A DNA stretch of 64,000 bases. Source: Candidatus Melainabacteria bacterium 17Bon1m (GTDB lineage Bacteria; Cyanobacteriota; Vampirovibrionia; Obscuribacterales; Obscuribacteraceae). The first letter of the stretch is position 1, and every line of letters begins with the position of its first letter. The notes under the pieces were generated by a model that saw only the letters and a program-made list of their open reading frames with translations, was not told the origin of the DNA and did not search any database. Of the stretch, positions 9,584 through 19,714 are shown in pieces. The stretch covers positions 608,001 to 672,000 of the forward strand of contig JAVLKG010000004.1 of NCBI GenBank assembly GCA_032128875.1. Direction: 5' to 3'. A program made the translations under genes and the position numbers.

Positions 9584-10942
9584 TTGAGTTCTCAAACATC
9601 ACAGACGTCCATCTCTGAATCCGGACAAGTGCAATCTGGTTATGCTTCCTTATTTAAGAACAAGCAATTCATGTTCTTATGGATTGCCCAGATTTTCTCC
9701 CAGTTTGCCGACCGCGCAGTTTTTGTTCTTTTTGTTGCCGTGCTCACAGCACAGCAGACTGCTAAGCAAGCAACTCAAACTCAACCTGTAATCGGCGCTG
9801 CCGAATTGACGAGTTGGTTGTACGTCGCATTTACAATACCGGCGGTGGTGCTCAGCCCTTTTGCCGGTGTCTGTGTTGACCGGTGGTCAAACCGAGCGGT
9901 GCTCGTTGTTTCTAACTTGATCAGGGCGTTTTTCGTGGCACTGGTGGCGCTTAGCTGGGTTAAGCAATATCCGAAAGTGGCCTTCACTCTTGCCTTTTTG
10001 ATATCCATAGGTGCGCAATTTTTTGGTCCGGCAGAAACAGCCTCGATACCACGGCTGGTGAAGAAGGAAGATCTATATTGTGCGAACGCACTTTTCTTCA
10101 CAACGATGATGATCGCCTTGGGCTTTGGCTTTGCCATAGGTGAGCCGATCATCGCGCACACCGGTATTGGTGGCGCACCGTATGCAGTTGCAGGGCTATT
10201 CCTTATAGCTGCATTTCTCTTGATGGGAATACGAGACAACAAACCTCAGAAGCACGATCGTGAACCATGGTGGGAAGAATTGCGTGTCGGCATCGCCTAT
10301 ATCGTCGACAGTCCGCCGGTATTTCGAGCTATTCTCAAGATCACAATTCTCTTCAGCACAATCATTACACTCAATATCATTGCAGTCGCATTGGTCGAGC
10401 AAGTTATGCACTTACAGCCGTTTCAGTTCGGTTATGTAATTGCGGCCGCTGGTCTGGGAATGATGATCGGTAATTTCTGGGTAGGGCATCAAGGACCCAA
10501 TGCATCGCCGCGCTTGATGGTTTACGGCGGATTTGCAGGACTGGGCTTGTGTATGTGTTTGCTGGGCAGCTTGGGTTTCATACAAGATCACCTCTTCCCA
10601 TTAGTTGGCATGGCAGGCGTTTGTTTCAATGGCTGGTTGATGTTGGTGCCTTTGCTTTTTGCAACTTTATTGGGAATCAGCTGCGCGTTTGTCGCCGTAC
10701 CAACTCAAGCATCACTGCAAGCCGCGGTCCCTGAAGACTTGCGAGGCAAGGTTTTCGGCGCTCAAAATACTGCCATGTCTGCGGCATCGACTATCCCTGT
10801 AATCTTGACCGGTGTGTTCGCCGACAACCTTCCAGGCGGTGTCTCGACGACCTTGTTACTGCTCGGCGTGCCTACCTTCTTAACAGGTGCAATACAGGTA
10901 CTAAGAGCGATTCGCGATCCTTCATTGCGGTCCAAACTTTAG
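9584..10942 (+). CDS. MFS transporter (H+ antiporter/DHA3-like)
   Basis: About 12 TM segments; LWIAQIFSQFAD, AGVCVDRWSNR, VPEDLRGKVFG. Confidence 0.9.
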   Translation: MSSQTSQTSISESGQVQSGYASLFKNKQFMFLWIAQIFSQFADRAVFVLFVAVLTAQQTAKQATQTQPVIGAAELTSWLYVAFTIPAVVLSPFAGVCVDRWSNRAVLVVSNLIRAFFVALVALSWVKQYPKVAFTLAFLISIGAQFFGPAETASIPRLVKKEDLYCANALFFTTMMIALGFGFAIGEPIIAHTGIGGAPYAVAGLFLIAAFLLMGIRDNKPQKHDREPWWEELRVGIAYIVDSPPVFRAILKITILFSTIITLNIIAVALVEQVMHLQPFQFGYVIAAAGLGMMIGNFWVGHQGPNASPRLMVYGGFAGLGLCMCLLGSLGFIQDHLFPLVGMAGVCFNGWLMLVPLLFATLLGISCAFVAVPTQASLQAAVPEDLRGKVFGAQNTAMSAASTIPVILTGVFADNLPGGVSTTLLLLGVPTFLTGAIQVLRAIRDPSLRSKL

Positions 10943-11369
10943 ACTAGCTTTCAGGAAAAGTTCGCTCAAGTTTTTCTAGCGCGCTGGCACTATATAAGGT
11001 GGCACCGCAAACACAGACCGGCTCGAAAGTCCGATAACCAGACTGTCGCCATCTGACTGCACTAATGCCGCTTTGCATCGCCGCTGGTATCACTCCTTGA
11101 GTCACTTTGAAAGTACCGCCTCACGAGAATCCATATCCGACGGTGATTAAATGGGATATAGACCTTGGAAACCGATCAGTTATCACACAAACATTTTACA
11201 AGAGTGTCATTCACCGAAAAGCAAACAGGCACGGGGATTTCGGCATTTCGAGCGTTTTTACATTGTTCGCGAAAACATGGACGCGCCGTACAAATTAGGT
11301 AGAATTGCTTGTGTCCCAAGACCGCTGGTCGGGGAATTAGAGAACGCTTGCTAAGAGATGGAGAAAAGC

Positions 11370-11759
11370 ATGTTTAAAAAGTTAGCCTCCTCGTTCTTGC
11401 TGGCTTCGGTATTTGTCGGCTCCTTGGTAGCCCCAGCGATGGCCGACGAAACCACCTTCCAGAAGATAGTTTTTCTTCCGGTAAGAATGGTCGGATCCGG
11501 AGTGGGCACAGTCATCGGAGTGCCGCTCGGAGTTGTCAAAGATGGCAACAGAGGCGCTATCAAGTCGACGAAATGGGTTGCCGGTAAACTCGGTAACGAA
11601 GATGGCAAATACCATCAAATGTTTGGTGCAGTTGTCGGTGGACCTTTCGGTGCAATCGGCGGCGGTACATACGGTATAGCTGATGGTGCTTGGCATGGTA
11701 TGAAGACCGGTTACGAAAAACCGTTCAGCAAAGATGCCTTCACTTTCAAAGACGAATAG
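11370..11759 (+). CDS. Secreted glycine-rich (glycine-zipper-like) protein, paralog 1 of 4
   Basis: GGAG RBS; signal peptide ending PAMA; GKLGNEDG ... GGPFGAIGG ... HGMKTGYEKPFS. Confidence 0.8.
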   Translation: MFKKLASSFLLASVFVGSLVAPAMADETTFQKIVFLPVRMVGSGVGTVIGVPLGVVKDGNRGAIKSTKWVAGKLGNEDGKYHQMFGAVVGGPFGAIGGGTYGIADGAWHGMKTGYEKPFSKDAFTFKDE

Positions 11760-11856
11760 GAAGACATAGGAAAGTCGATGAGACCCCTATCAAGTCATTA
11801 GGTACTTTATGAGGGTGGTTCGCAGTAGAGCCATCCTCCCTGCCAGGTGGAAAAAC

Positions 11857-12240
11857 ATGACCAAAAGAACTCTCGCGATGTTAATTTCAGGAGCGCTCGC
11901 TCTGGGAACGGCCACCCCGTCGTTCGCTGACGGCGATGGTCCTGTTCACAATATGGTTGGATTGGGTGGGGTAACTACCGGTCTGCTGATCGACGTTCCA
12001 GAAGGAATCGTTGTCGATTCGCTGTATCGCGTTCCTATGAAGTGCCAGCGCACTTTGGCCGAGCACTTTGGTGATTCCAAAGGAGCTGGTCAAAATATCG
12101 CAGGCGCACTGCTTGGTTTCCCAGTAGGTTTCGTATGGGGCATCCCTTACGGCGCTTTGCATGGTGCTAAGCATGCCTTCTCGAAGGGCTGGGAAAAGCC
12201 TTTCAGTACTGAATCGTATTTGGTTACCGAAGAGAAGTAG
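11857..12240 (+). CDS. Secreted glycine-rich protein, paralog 2 of 4
   Basis: Signal ending PSFA; HFGDSKG ... GFPVGFVWG ... KGWEKPFS. Confidence 0.8.
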   Translation: MTKRTLAMLISGALALGTATPSFADGDGPVHNMVGLGGVTTGLLIDVPEGIVVDSLYRVPMKCQRTLAEHFGDSKGAGQNIAGALLGFPVGFVWGIPYGALHGAKHAFSKGWEKPFSTESYLVTEEK

Positions 12241-12309
12241 TTACTAGTACTGCCTGGCATCGAGCCAAACAGTTTTGACGGGCAGTCTGGAAATATGGTG
12301 GTAAAAACA

Positions 12310-12708
12310 ATGAAATCAATCGGTCGTATCGTTTTTTCGGCGTTGGTCGCCGTGAGTGCAGTAGCTCCTGCTCTCGCGCTTGACTACGAAGCGAAGCCTG
12401 TAATGTGGGTGCTTCAAGCTCCTTTCAGAACAGCTGGCGCTTTGGAAGGCGCCTTGGTTACTGGCTTGATCAGTGGTCCTATTGACGGCGGCTATCATGG
12501 CTCCCTCAAAGGAACAAAGCACTGGGCAGGCAAATTCGGAGATGAAAAAGGCGCTGGTCAATTGGCCGCGGCCGCTCCGGTATTCGGAACAGGTGGAGCA
12601 ATTGTCGGTGGCACCGTCGCTGGCTTCCACGGATTTGGTCATGGCTGGAAGAAAGGCTGGGAAAAGCCCTACAGCAGATGGTCCTATCTCACCATGGAAG
12701 AGAAATAA
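12310..12708 (+). CDS. Secreted glycine-rich protein, paralog 3 of 4
   Basis: Signal ending PALA; GKFGDEKG ... HGWKKGWEKPYS. Confidence 0.8.
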   Translation: MKSIGRIVFSALVAVSAVAPALALDYEAKPVMWVLQAPFRTAGALEGALVTGLISGPIDGGYHGSLKGTKHWAGKFGDEKGAGQLAAAAPVFGTGGAIVGGTVAGFHGFGHGWKKGWEKPYSRWSYLTMEEK

Positions 12709-12749
12709 GCCCCCCTTGAACCACTTAAATAGGAAAGATGGTGAAAATA

Positions 12750-13199
12750 ATGCGTAAGAAGGTCCTTTCCTCGTTACTTTTGGCGGCTGGTCTGCTTACT
12801 TCGGTAGCAGCTCCGAGCTTTGCCTATCCGGAGCGTCCTGAATCGGCGCGTGTGTATTACGAAATCGCTTACTTCCCATGCAGATTGGTCAGCATGGCCG
12901 TAACAACCATTTGGGATGTTCCGACCGCTGCTTTCCAAGACGCTATCAAGGGCGCGATTGGCGGCACAAAGATGGTTTCCCGCAACCTCGGAAAAGAAGA
13001 CGGCACCTATGAATTGGTAGCCGGCGGCTTGACCGGTGGACCTGTCGGACTCCTCGCCGGTGGACTTTATGGTGCAAGACATGGTTTGTTCTATGGAATG
13101 CATCACGGATTCGTAGGCTATCCGAGTCCCCACTCTGGCAGCCACAGCATGATCTTCCAGGGCAAAGGTTTCGTTGTTCCTTACGACGACAACTACTAA
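12750..13199 (+). CDS. Secreted glycine-rich protein, paralog 4 of 4 (divergent C-terminus)
   Basis: Signal ending PSFA; RNLGKEDG ... GGPVGLLAGGLYGARHG. Confidence 0.78.
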   Translation: MRKKVLSSLLLAAGLLTSVAAPSFAYPERPESARVYYEIAYFPCRLVSMAVTTIWDVPTAAFQDAIKGAIGGTKMVSRNLGKEDGTYELVAGGLTGGPVGLLAGGLYGARHGLFYGMHHGFVGYPSPHSGSHSMIFQGKGFVVPYDDNY

Positions 13200-13261
13200 A
13201 CCCTGGGTTGGCGATGCCTAGCATCGTCTAACAAAACCACCAAAAAACTGTTTGGCTCTTT

Positions 13262-13300
13262 GAGCAAGCATCACCGTTCTGGACGATGCTTGCTCTTTGT
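13262..13300 (+). terminator. Probable intrinsic terminator of the four-paralog operon
   Basis: GAGCAAGCATC / GATGCTTGCTC 11-bp inverted repeat followed by TTTGT. Confidence 0.65.
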
Positions 13301-13542
13301 CATTTAGATGCTAATTCTTGCCAATTTGTAGAAAAACCAGATTCAGTCTCGCTTTGAGTGTGTTTTATATACAGTTTTAAGTGAGCGAGAATTGGGCATT
13401 CTTTATGTGGGTTATGGTATTTCAAGGCTGGTAGGGCGTTTCGCCTGGTAGACTAAATATTGACCCCTCGCATTTTGTCTTCCGGCAGGAAGGCTCGAGT
13501 GCTTTGCCGATTTGAGAATCGCATTTCAGGTAGTCGTTAAGA

Positions 13543-14820
13543 ATGGAAATTGTCAAAGAAAGACGAGCAGGTCCCAAGCGAATTGGTGAGTTGCTTGTGG
13601 CAGCCAATGTAATCCGCCCCGAAGTTCTGATGGAAGCGCTACAAATAGCGAAGAAGTCAACGACTCCATTGGGTCGCGTTCTGATGAGCATTGGCGAAAT
13701 TTCCGAAAGCGATTTGCAAGTCGCTATAGAAGTGCAGTCACTTCTGCGCGAAGGCGTAATCGCCAATGATTTTGGAATTAAGGCTTTGAATTTGGCTTGC
13801 AAGAGCAAGCTGCCCCTGGAAGAGGCATTCCGTCGCCTGGGCTGGCAACCACCTCAGCGCGAGTCCATGTCCTCCAACGAGCTCGGTGAGTTGCTTCAAG
13901 CTGCAGGTGTCGTCACACCCGAGCGCATGGAAGAAGCCGTTCGCCAGAGCCATGAAAACAACCTTCCTGTTGGCCGCTGCCTGGTTCTCAACCGCGCAGT
14001 TTCGCCTGCATTATTGGCCTCGGCTTTGACCGCCCAGGTTCTTCTTCGTGACGGCAAAATTAGCCGTGAGCAAGCTGTAGAAGGCTTGCGTTCAGCATCA
14101 CGTAAGCAACAGACAATCGAGGAGTCTTTGCAGCAAGTCGGCGCCTATAAGCCCGGCAAAGAGTCCGTCAGAGTCGGCGACCTGCTCACCTCAGCAGGCA
14201 TTGTCACCGAAGGCGACAAAATCACCGCAGTAGAGGTCGGTTTGGAAAGCCACAGGCAGATTGGTGACGTGCTTGTTCAATCCGGCATGATTTCCAATAC
14301 AACTCTCGAAGAGAGTTTGAAGCTCCAAGATCTTGTCGCTCAAGGACATTTGAACGCCACTCAGGCAGCAGAGATTTTGCGCACCGCACACACTCAGGGT
14401 GTGACCGTTCGGGCAGTGTTGGAAGAAAAACTCGCTCGAAAAGAGCAAATTGACAAAACAAACACAGTCATCGAGTTTCTCCAATTGTCTGGAATTCTCA
14501 CCGACAATGACATGATCAAGGCGAAAAATCTGTCTCAGCAACTCAGCGTCAGTCTCGGCGAAGTCTTGTTGTCCACTCAAATGGTTGATCAGCGACTCAT
14601 TGATGCTGCTATCCAGAGCCAAGACCTGGTTAAAGACGAGATTCTCAAGCCCGAACAAGTGGCGCGTGTTTTGCAAATGTGCGCTCGCACCGGATTGGAG
14701 TTTCACGAAGCCTTGAAGCAGGTAGCGTGGGACACGCCGGATGAAGTTTCAGATGAAGCTAGTGCCAAGCAGAAATCCTCATGGATGCTCAAGCTCTGGT
14801 CGAAAGTCAAGAAAGACTAG
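13543..14820 (+). CDS. Stand-alone protein made of four MshEN-like (c-di-GMP-binding) modules
   Basis: RIGELLVAANVI...PLGRVLMSIGEISESDLQVAIEVQ matches the MshEN RLGxxLxxxGLxxxxxLxxxLxxQ pattern and recurs four times at about 100-aa spacing. Confidence 0.8.
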   Translation: MEIVKERRAGPKRIGELLVAANVIRPEVLMEALQIAKKSTTPLGRVLMSIGEISESDLQVAIEVQSLLREGVIANDFGIKALNLACKSKLPLEEAFRRLGWQPPQRESMSSNELGELLQAAGVVTPERMEEAVRQSHENNLPVGRCLVLNRAVSPALLASALTAQVLLRDGKISREQAVEGLRSASRKQQTIEESLQQVGAYKPGKESVRVGDLLTSAGIVTEGDKITAVEVGLESHRQIGDVLVQSGMISNTTLEESLKLQDLVAQGHLNATQAAEILRTAHTQGVTVRAVLEEKLARKEQIDKTNTVIEFLQLSGILTDNDMIKAKNLSQQLSVSLGEVLLSTQMVDQRLIDAAIQSQDLVKDEILKPEQVARVLQMCARTGLEFHEALKQVAWDTPDEVSDEASAKQKSSWMLKLWSKVKKD

Positions 14821-14882
14821 AATTTCAGCGCCACCGCTGGTGCTACCGCCAAGGAGATTCATAGTGGCCGGGCCGGAATCCT

Positions 14883-16502
14883 ATGCAATTTGACACCCTG
14901 ATAATGGGCGGCACAATTTACGACGGCTCCGGTCTCGAGCCGTATGTCGCTGATATCGGATTGCGCAGCGGCATAATCGTGGACATCGGCAATCTCAAGT
15001 ATGCGGATGCAACACTGAAAATAGACGCCAGAGGCTTGGCTGTTTCGCCTGGATTTATCAACATGCTCAGCCACGCGACGCGTGCTCTTTTGCATGATGG
15101 GCTGTCGGAAGGAAACATTCACCAGGGCGTTACGCTGGAGGTCATTGGTGAGGGCGTTTCTATGGGCCCGCTCAATGATCAAATGGCCAAAGAAATGACC
15201 GATGAGCAGACTGACATCAAATTCACGATTAATTGGCGCAGCCTGGGCGAGTTTTTAAACCGCCTGCAATTGAAAGGTATTTCAACCAACGTTGCCTCCT
15301 TTGTCGGCGCCACAACCGTGCGTGAATACGTGTTGGGTCAGGAAGACAGAAAACCTGATGAACGCGAACTTACTATGATGCGCAACTTGGTTTCTCTGGC
15401 GATGTCCGAAGGTGCAGTCGGAATATCGTCCGCATTGATTTATGCGCCGGCATGTTTTGCAGACACGGATGAACTCGTTGCGCTTGCTGAAGAGGCAGGA
15501 AAACGAGGTGGTATCTACGCTTCGCATTTGCGCAGCGAAGGAGACCATTTACTTGAGGGCGTGCGCGAACTTATCACGATCTGTCAGAAAGCAAAAATTC
15601 CCAGTGAAATCTATCACCTCAAAGCCGCCGGCAAGCGTAATTGGTCGAAGATGGATGAAGCCATCGCTGAAATCGAAAAGGCGCGCAGCGCCGGTCATCG
15701 AGTATCTGCAGACATGTACCTGTATACAAGGGCGCAGACGGGGCTTGATGCCGCTATGCCGACATGGGTGCAGGAAGGTGGTCTAAACAAGTGGATAAAG
15801 CGCTTGCAAGAGCCCGAAACACGCGCTCGTGTCAAGCAAGAGATGCTCAGTGATACTGCGGACTGGGAGAACGGCTACATGCATGCCGGACCGGATGGAA
15901 TATTGCTTGTCGGCTTCAAAAGCGAAGCGCTGAAACCACTGGTCGGTAAGACGTTAAAGCAAATCGCTGATGAGCGTGGCAGAGAACCTGCTGATGTGGC
16001 AATGGATCTCGTCGTGGAGGACGGCAGTCGGGTAGAGACAGTTTATTCATGGATGAGCGAAGAAAACCTTGTGAAACAGGTCAAATTGCCGTGGATGACT
16101 TTCGGTTCTGACGGTTCGTCGATGTCGCCATCGGGTGAATATTTGAAATCTCAAACCCACCCACGCGCTTACGGCAACTTTGCTCGCTTGCTGGAAAAAT
16201 ATGTTCGAAACGAGAAAGTTGTTACCCTGCCAGATGCAATACGTCGTCTAACTGCATTGCCGGCAGCCAATCTCGGCTTGCTGTTCAGAGGCAAGATTGA
16301 TCAAGGCTACGCGGCTGATATTGCTATTTTTGATCCTGAAAAAATCCGTGAGAAAGCGACCTTTGAAAATGCACATCAACTTTCGGAAGGAATGGTGCAT
16401 GTTCTAGTTAATGGAGTTCCAGTTCTTCAGAATGGAAAACATACTGGCAATAAGCCGGGCCTCGTGCTGCGCCGCCGCATGAGCCACAGAATGATCTGCT
16501 GA
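14883..16502 (+). CDS. N-acyl-D-amino-acid deacylase (amidohydrolase family)
   Basis: GGTIYDGSG, PGFINMLSHA, YASHLRSEG, EIYHLK, THPRAYGNF, GYAADIAIFDP. Confidence 0.9.
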   Translation: MQFDTLIMGGTIYDGSGLEPYVADIGLRSGIIVDIGNLKYADATLKIDARGLAVSPGFINMLSHATRALLHDGLSEGNIHQGVTLEVIGEGVSMGPLNDQMAKEMTDEQTDIKFTINWRSLGEFLNRLQLKGISTNVASFVGATTVREYVLGQEDRKPDERELTMMRNLVSLAMSEGAVGISSALIYAPACFADTDELVALAEEAGKRGGIYASHLRSEGDHLLEGVRELITICQKAKIPSEIYHLKAAGKRNWSKMDEAIAEIEKARSAGHRVSADMYLYTRAQTGLDAAMPTWVQEGGLNKWIKRLQEPETRARVKQEMLSDTADWENGYMHAGPDGILLVGFKSEALKPLVGKTLKQIADERGREPADVAMDLVVEDGSRVETVYSWMSEENLVKQVKLPWMTFGSDGSSMSPSGEYLKSQTHPRAYGNFARLLEKYVRNEKVVTLPDAIRRLTALPAANLGLLFRGKIDQGYAADIAIFDPEKIREKATFENAHQLSEGMVHVLVNGVPVLQNGKHTGNKPGLVLRRRMSHRMIC

Positions 16503-16565
16503 CCAGTTCGTTGAATGCCATACCGCTCTATAAACGTCTTCTGCTGATCAGTCCGTCGCTCTATC

Positions 16566-17354
16566 TTATGCTGCTTTATAAACGTCGCTCAGATCGCCTT
16601 GCTGGATGAAGTCTTCTATCATCTGCGCCATGAGTTCTGGGTCGCTCACTGAGAGGCAATGCGCCGAGCCGATAACATTGATCGCCTGGCAGTTTGGGAT
16701 CATCTCGAATTTTTCCTGGACAAGGTCTTCGCTCGAAAGCTTGTCATTCTCACCTTTAATAAGGAGAATCGGAATGCCGCATCTGAGCAATGCGCCATCA
16801 AGATCGTGCTCTGACATGTATCCCAATTGTTCAAGACACCTGTCCACGCCTATGCGCGTGATGTCACCAATAACAGTTGGAACCATTACGGGAGGCTCAA
16901 ACAGTCCATCTTTTATTAAGTCTGCCATCAAAGACTGAACGGATCTTCCCTGCACATCTGTTGGTCCGATGAGAATCAGGGCTTTGGCATTAACGCAATC
17001 CATTGCTGCCAATTCGGCGGAGATATTACAGCCATACGAACCACCTACCAACACAGGGTTTGCGATACCTTGCGCTTCGAGAAATTCACTGAGTGCTTGA
17101 GCATGTTCTTTGATATTTAGAGCAAACTCCGGTGTTTCACTTTTCCCGTGTCCAAGCATGTTCGGCACACAAACCGTGTGTTTAGCGGCGAGCAGCTTTG
17201 CGGTTCGCTCCATGTAACTTGCCGAAACGAGCAGTCCGTGTACAAGAACGTAACACTCAGCATTGGGCTCGTTTGAACGCGACATAAGCGCGTGCATCCG
17301 GCCGAAGCTGGTGTCTTTATAGACATCTTCGTATTGAACGGCATCGTCGAACAT
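16566..17354 (-). CDS. Alpha/beta hydrolase
   Basis: VLVHGL, GHGKS, nucleophile elbow GGSYG, GEND, SAH. Confidence 0.85.
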   Translation of the reverse strand: MFDDAVQYEDVYKDTSFGRMHALMSRSNEPNAECYVLVHGLLVSASYMERTAKLLAAKHTVCVPNMLGHGKSETPEFALNIKEHAQALSEFLEAQGIANPVLVGGSYGCNISAELAAMDCVNAKALILIGPTDVQGRSVQSLMADLIKDGLFEPPVMVPTVIGDITRIGVDRCLEQLGYMSEHDLDGALLRCGIPILLIKGENDKLSSEDLVQEKFEMIPNCQAINVIGSAHCLSVSDPELMAQMIEDFIQQGDLSDVYKAA

Positions 17355-17647
17355 GGGCGTAACCTGTCCTCAATTCAGTTGTGTGTTTGCTGTTCGCCTG
17401 TTCTAAGGCGTTGTAAAGCTCCAAAGGTTCCCATTCTCGCCCAGTTTTTCACTTTTCGCGACGCGTAAAGTTGACCAGTTGAGCCTTTCAAGATTTGCCG
17501 AAGCCAATTTAGCCCCACTGGTTGTCCGCAGAACAAAATTTCAAACAGGGCTTAGGTTTTGGGAATTTCGCAATTATTTTTGCAACTCCGCCTAATTACT
17601 CCGGCGCCCCCGTTATCCAAAACGTGAGACCCCCGTGAGGTGAAGAG

Positions 17648-17956
17648 ATGAAAGCTGTTTTCTCGATGATGTTGCTGGTTGTAGGTTTTGGAACCTTCAC
17701 CTCGCAGGCTCAAGCTCAAGAAGGTTTCCTGCCACGCGGTGGTTGGGACGGCAACAACCTCAGAATCTCCGTAACCCAATCCAAATTAATTTCGCCCCAA
17801 ACTTCGATTCGCGGTGGCGGCTGGGATCTTAATAACTGCAGAGTCTCTGCCAACCACACCAAACTCATCCCGCAAACCGAGACCCTCGTGGGTGGATGGG
17901 ACCGCAATAACTGCAGAATTTCTGCAGGTCACAGCAAATTACTCCAAGCACAGTAA
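17648..17956 (+). CDS. Small secreted protein with three GGWDxNN repeats
   Basis: GAGGTG RBS; signal peptide ending AQA; three 25-26 aa repeats. Confidence 0.8.
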   Translation: MKAVFSMMLLVVGFGTFTSQAQAQEGFLPRGGWDGNNLRISVTQSKLISPQTSIRGGGWDLNNCRVSANHTKLIPQTETLVGGWDRNNCRISAGHSKLLQAQ

Positions 17957-18070
17957 TACGAACTAGAAAGAGGGCACCTGTTTCAGCGCATGGGCGCTGG
18001 TTCTAGGTGGGCACGACCTCGATCTGTGGTGTCACTGCCGGACTGACATTGAATCCATTGAGGGGTGGGT

Positions 18071-19714
18071 TCATTGCTCACCGGCAGATGAGCCATTTTT
18101 GGCGTTTTTCAGCCTGTCCAAAATTGCCTTGCAGTCAGGATTTTCTTGTTGAGATGCAGGCAAAGCCTCAATTGCTGTTGCTGCCTTTTTGAGCATGACG
18201 AAGCTTTCCGCCTCCTGATTCATGCGGTGCAAAAGCTCCGACAGATTAGCGAGACTGGTCGCATACGAAACGCTATTGCCGGTTTTCAATTTTTCCCTGA
18301 TGGCTAATACAAAAGTCTGGCGCGCATTTTCCAGCTCATTGCTTTCTGCGTACATATAACCGAGTTCATCCAGAGCATCAGCTAAATCCGGATCCGGATG
18401 CTGCGCAGCTGCGGTGTATATTGCGATACTGCGTTGAAGCAATTGCCTCCCCGCCTTTTTATTTCCAGCTGCAGATTCAATCTGAGCAAGCGATCTCAAA
18501 CCGCCTGCGTACTCGCGACTGGCTACACCGAAGGATAGCTTCCTTATGAAATTCGCTTCGATTTGGGTATCACGTGCCAAATCAAATTGCTTGTCCGCGC
18601 AAAGTGCGTTGGCATAATCATCGCGGTACTGAGCCAGGTCCGGATTCTTGTTGCCGAGCACAGTCTTGCCACTTTCCACCGCGTTTTTCAGGAGCTCCAG
18701 TGCTCGTTTGGTATCTCCTGTCGCCAGTAAAACAACCCCGAGATTCGCGGATGAAGAGAGGGTCTCCGGGTGGTTTGCTCCAAGCTTGCTCATCCGAATT
18801 TCCTGGGCTTCTTCAAGATGCTCGAGGGCCGATCTTAAATCGCCCATTTTGTATTCAACACAACCCAAATCGAGATATGAATTCGCAACATCAGGATGAT
18901 TCTCACCGCCAATCTCAAGGCGCTGCTTAAGCCCGTCTTGGAGAATCGGCAAAGCCTTCTGATAGTCACCCATCCAAAAATACAGAGCACCCAAATTGTT
19001 CGTAGCTGTTGCCAGCAAAAGTTTTTGCGAACCATTCTTTAAAATCGGCAATGCGCTTTCCAGCTCTGCCAGGGCTTCTTTGTACTTTCCTTGTTGTCTC
19101 AGAGCATTTGCCAAAACCACCTGATGCATCGCTTGGTTCTCTTTGCCGAGACCGCCTTCAAGCGAGTAGCTCATGGCCTTGCGTGCGTTTTTCTCGGACT
19201 CTGAGAATTCGCCGGCACTATTATTGAAAAGCGCTAGATAGTTATATGCGGCCGAAAGCCGAAGCGGGTCGGTCGTTTTTTGCTTTTCCAAAGCGGAGAC
19301 ACCGCGCATAATCCAGCTTCTTGCCTCAGGATACAGACCTTCTAGTCTGTACACATTGCCCATTAAAATCCACGACTCCGGCAAGCGATTCTTATCAGAG
19401 CTCTGGTTAAGCGCAATGTCTTCTTCGAGCTTTGATTTAGCGTGCTCGAAATTGCAAGCCTCTGCATATTCCATGGCCGCTTCGCGAAGCGCATCAGAAT
19501 CTGACTTTTGAGTTTGTGTGTGAACAGTCGCGCTCTCTAAAGTCTCTGCTGAGGTAGCGGCGAAGACAGGCTTTTGGGAGAAACAGCTGAAACTTGCAAC
19601 CAATAAACCAATTGCCAAAGAGACCATAAGGGATGCCCTTGTCGGGCACCCCTCATTTTGAACTCGTGAAACCGTAAGCTCGCGCTTACAATTACATGTT
19701 TGAGATGATTGCAT
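18071..19714 (-). CDS. Exported kinesin-light-chain-type TPR protein (start uncertain, possibly ATG 19627)
   Basis: Signal-like N-terminus; repeats [36 protein letters not shown]. Confidence 0.88.
   Translation of the reverse strand: MQSSQTCNCKRELTVSRVQNEGCPTRASLMVSLAIGLLVASFSCFSQKPVFAATSAETLESATVHTQTQKSDSDALREAAMEYAEACNFEHAKSKLEEDIALNQSSDKNRLPESWILMGNVYRLEGLYPEARSWIMRGVSALEKQKTTDPLRLSAAYNYLALFNNSAGEFSESEKNARKAMSYSLEGGLGKENQAMHQVVLANALRQQGKYKEALAELESALPILKNGSQKLLLATATNNLGALYFWMGDYQKALPILQDGLKQRLEIGGENHPDVANSYLDLGCVEYKMGDLRSALEHLEEAQEIRMSKLGANHPETLSSSANLGVVLLATGDTKRALELLKNAVESGKTVLGNKNPDLAQYRDDYANALCADKQFDLARDTQIEANFIRKLSFGVASREYAGGLRSLAQIESAAGNKKAGRQLLQRSIAIYTAAAQHPDPDLADALDELGYMYAESNELENARQTFVLAIREKLKTGNSVSYATSLANLSELLHRMNQEAESFVMLKKAATAIEALPASQQENPDCKAILDRLKNAKNGSSAGEQ

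Noticed and set aside
10943-11369. c-di-GMP or other riboswitch upstream of the four-paralog operon
   Set aside because: GCAAAC and GAAA fragments are present but I could not build the conserved GEMM architecture; an Rfam scan would be needed
16494-16514. D-aminoacylase ends Cys-TGA, a possible Sec
   Set aside because: No SECIS-like hairpin downstream, and I know of no Sec precedent in this family
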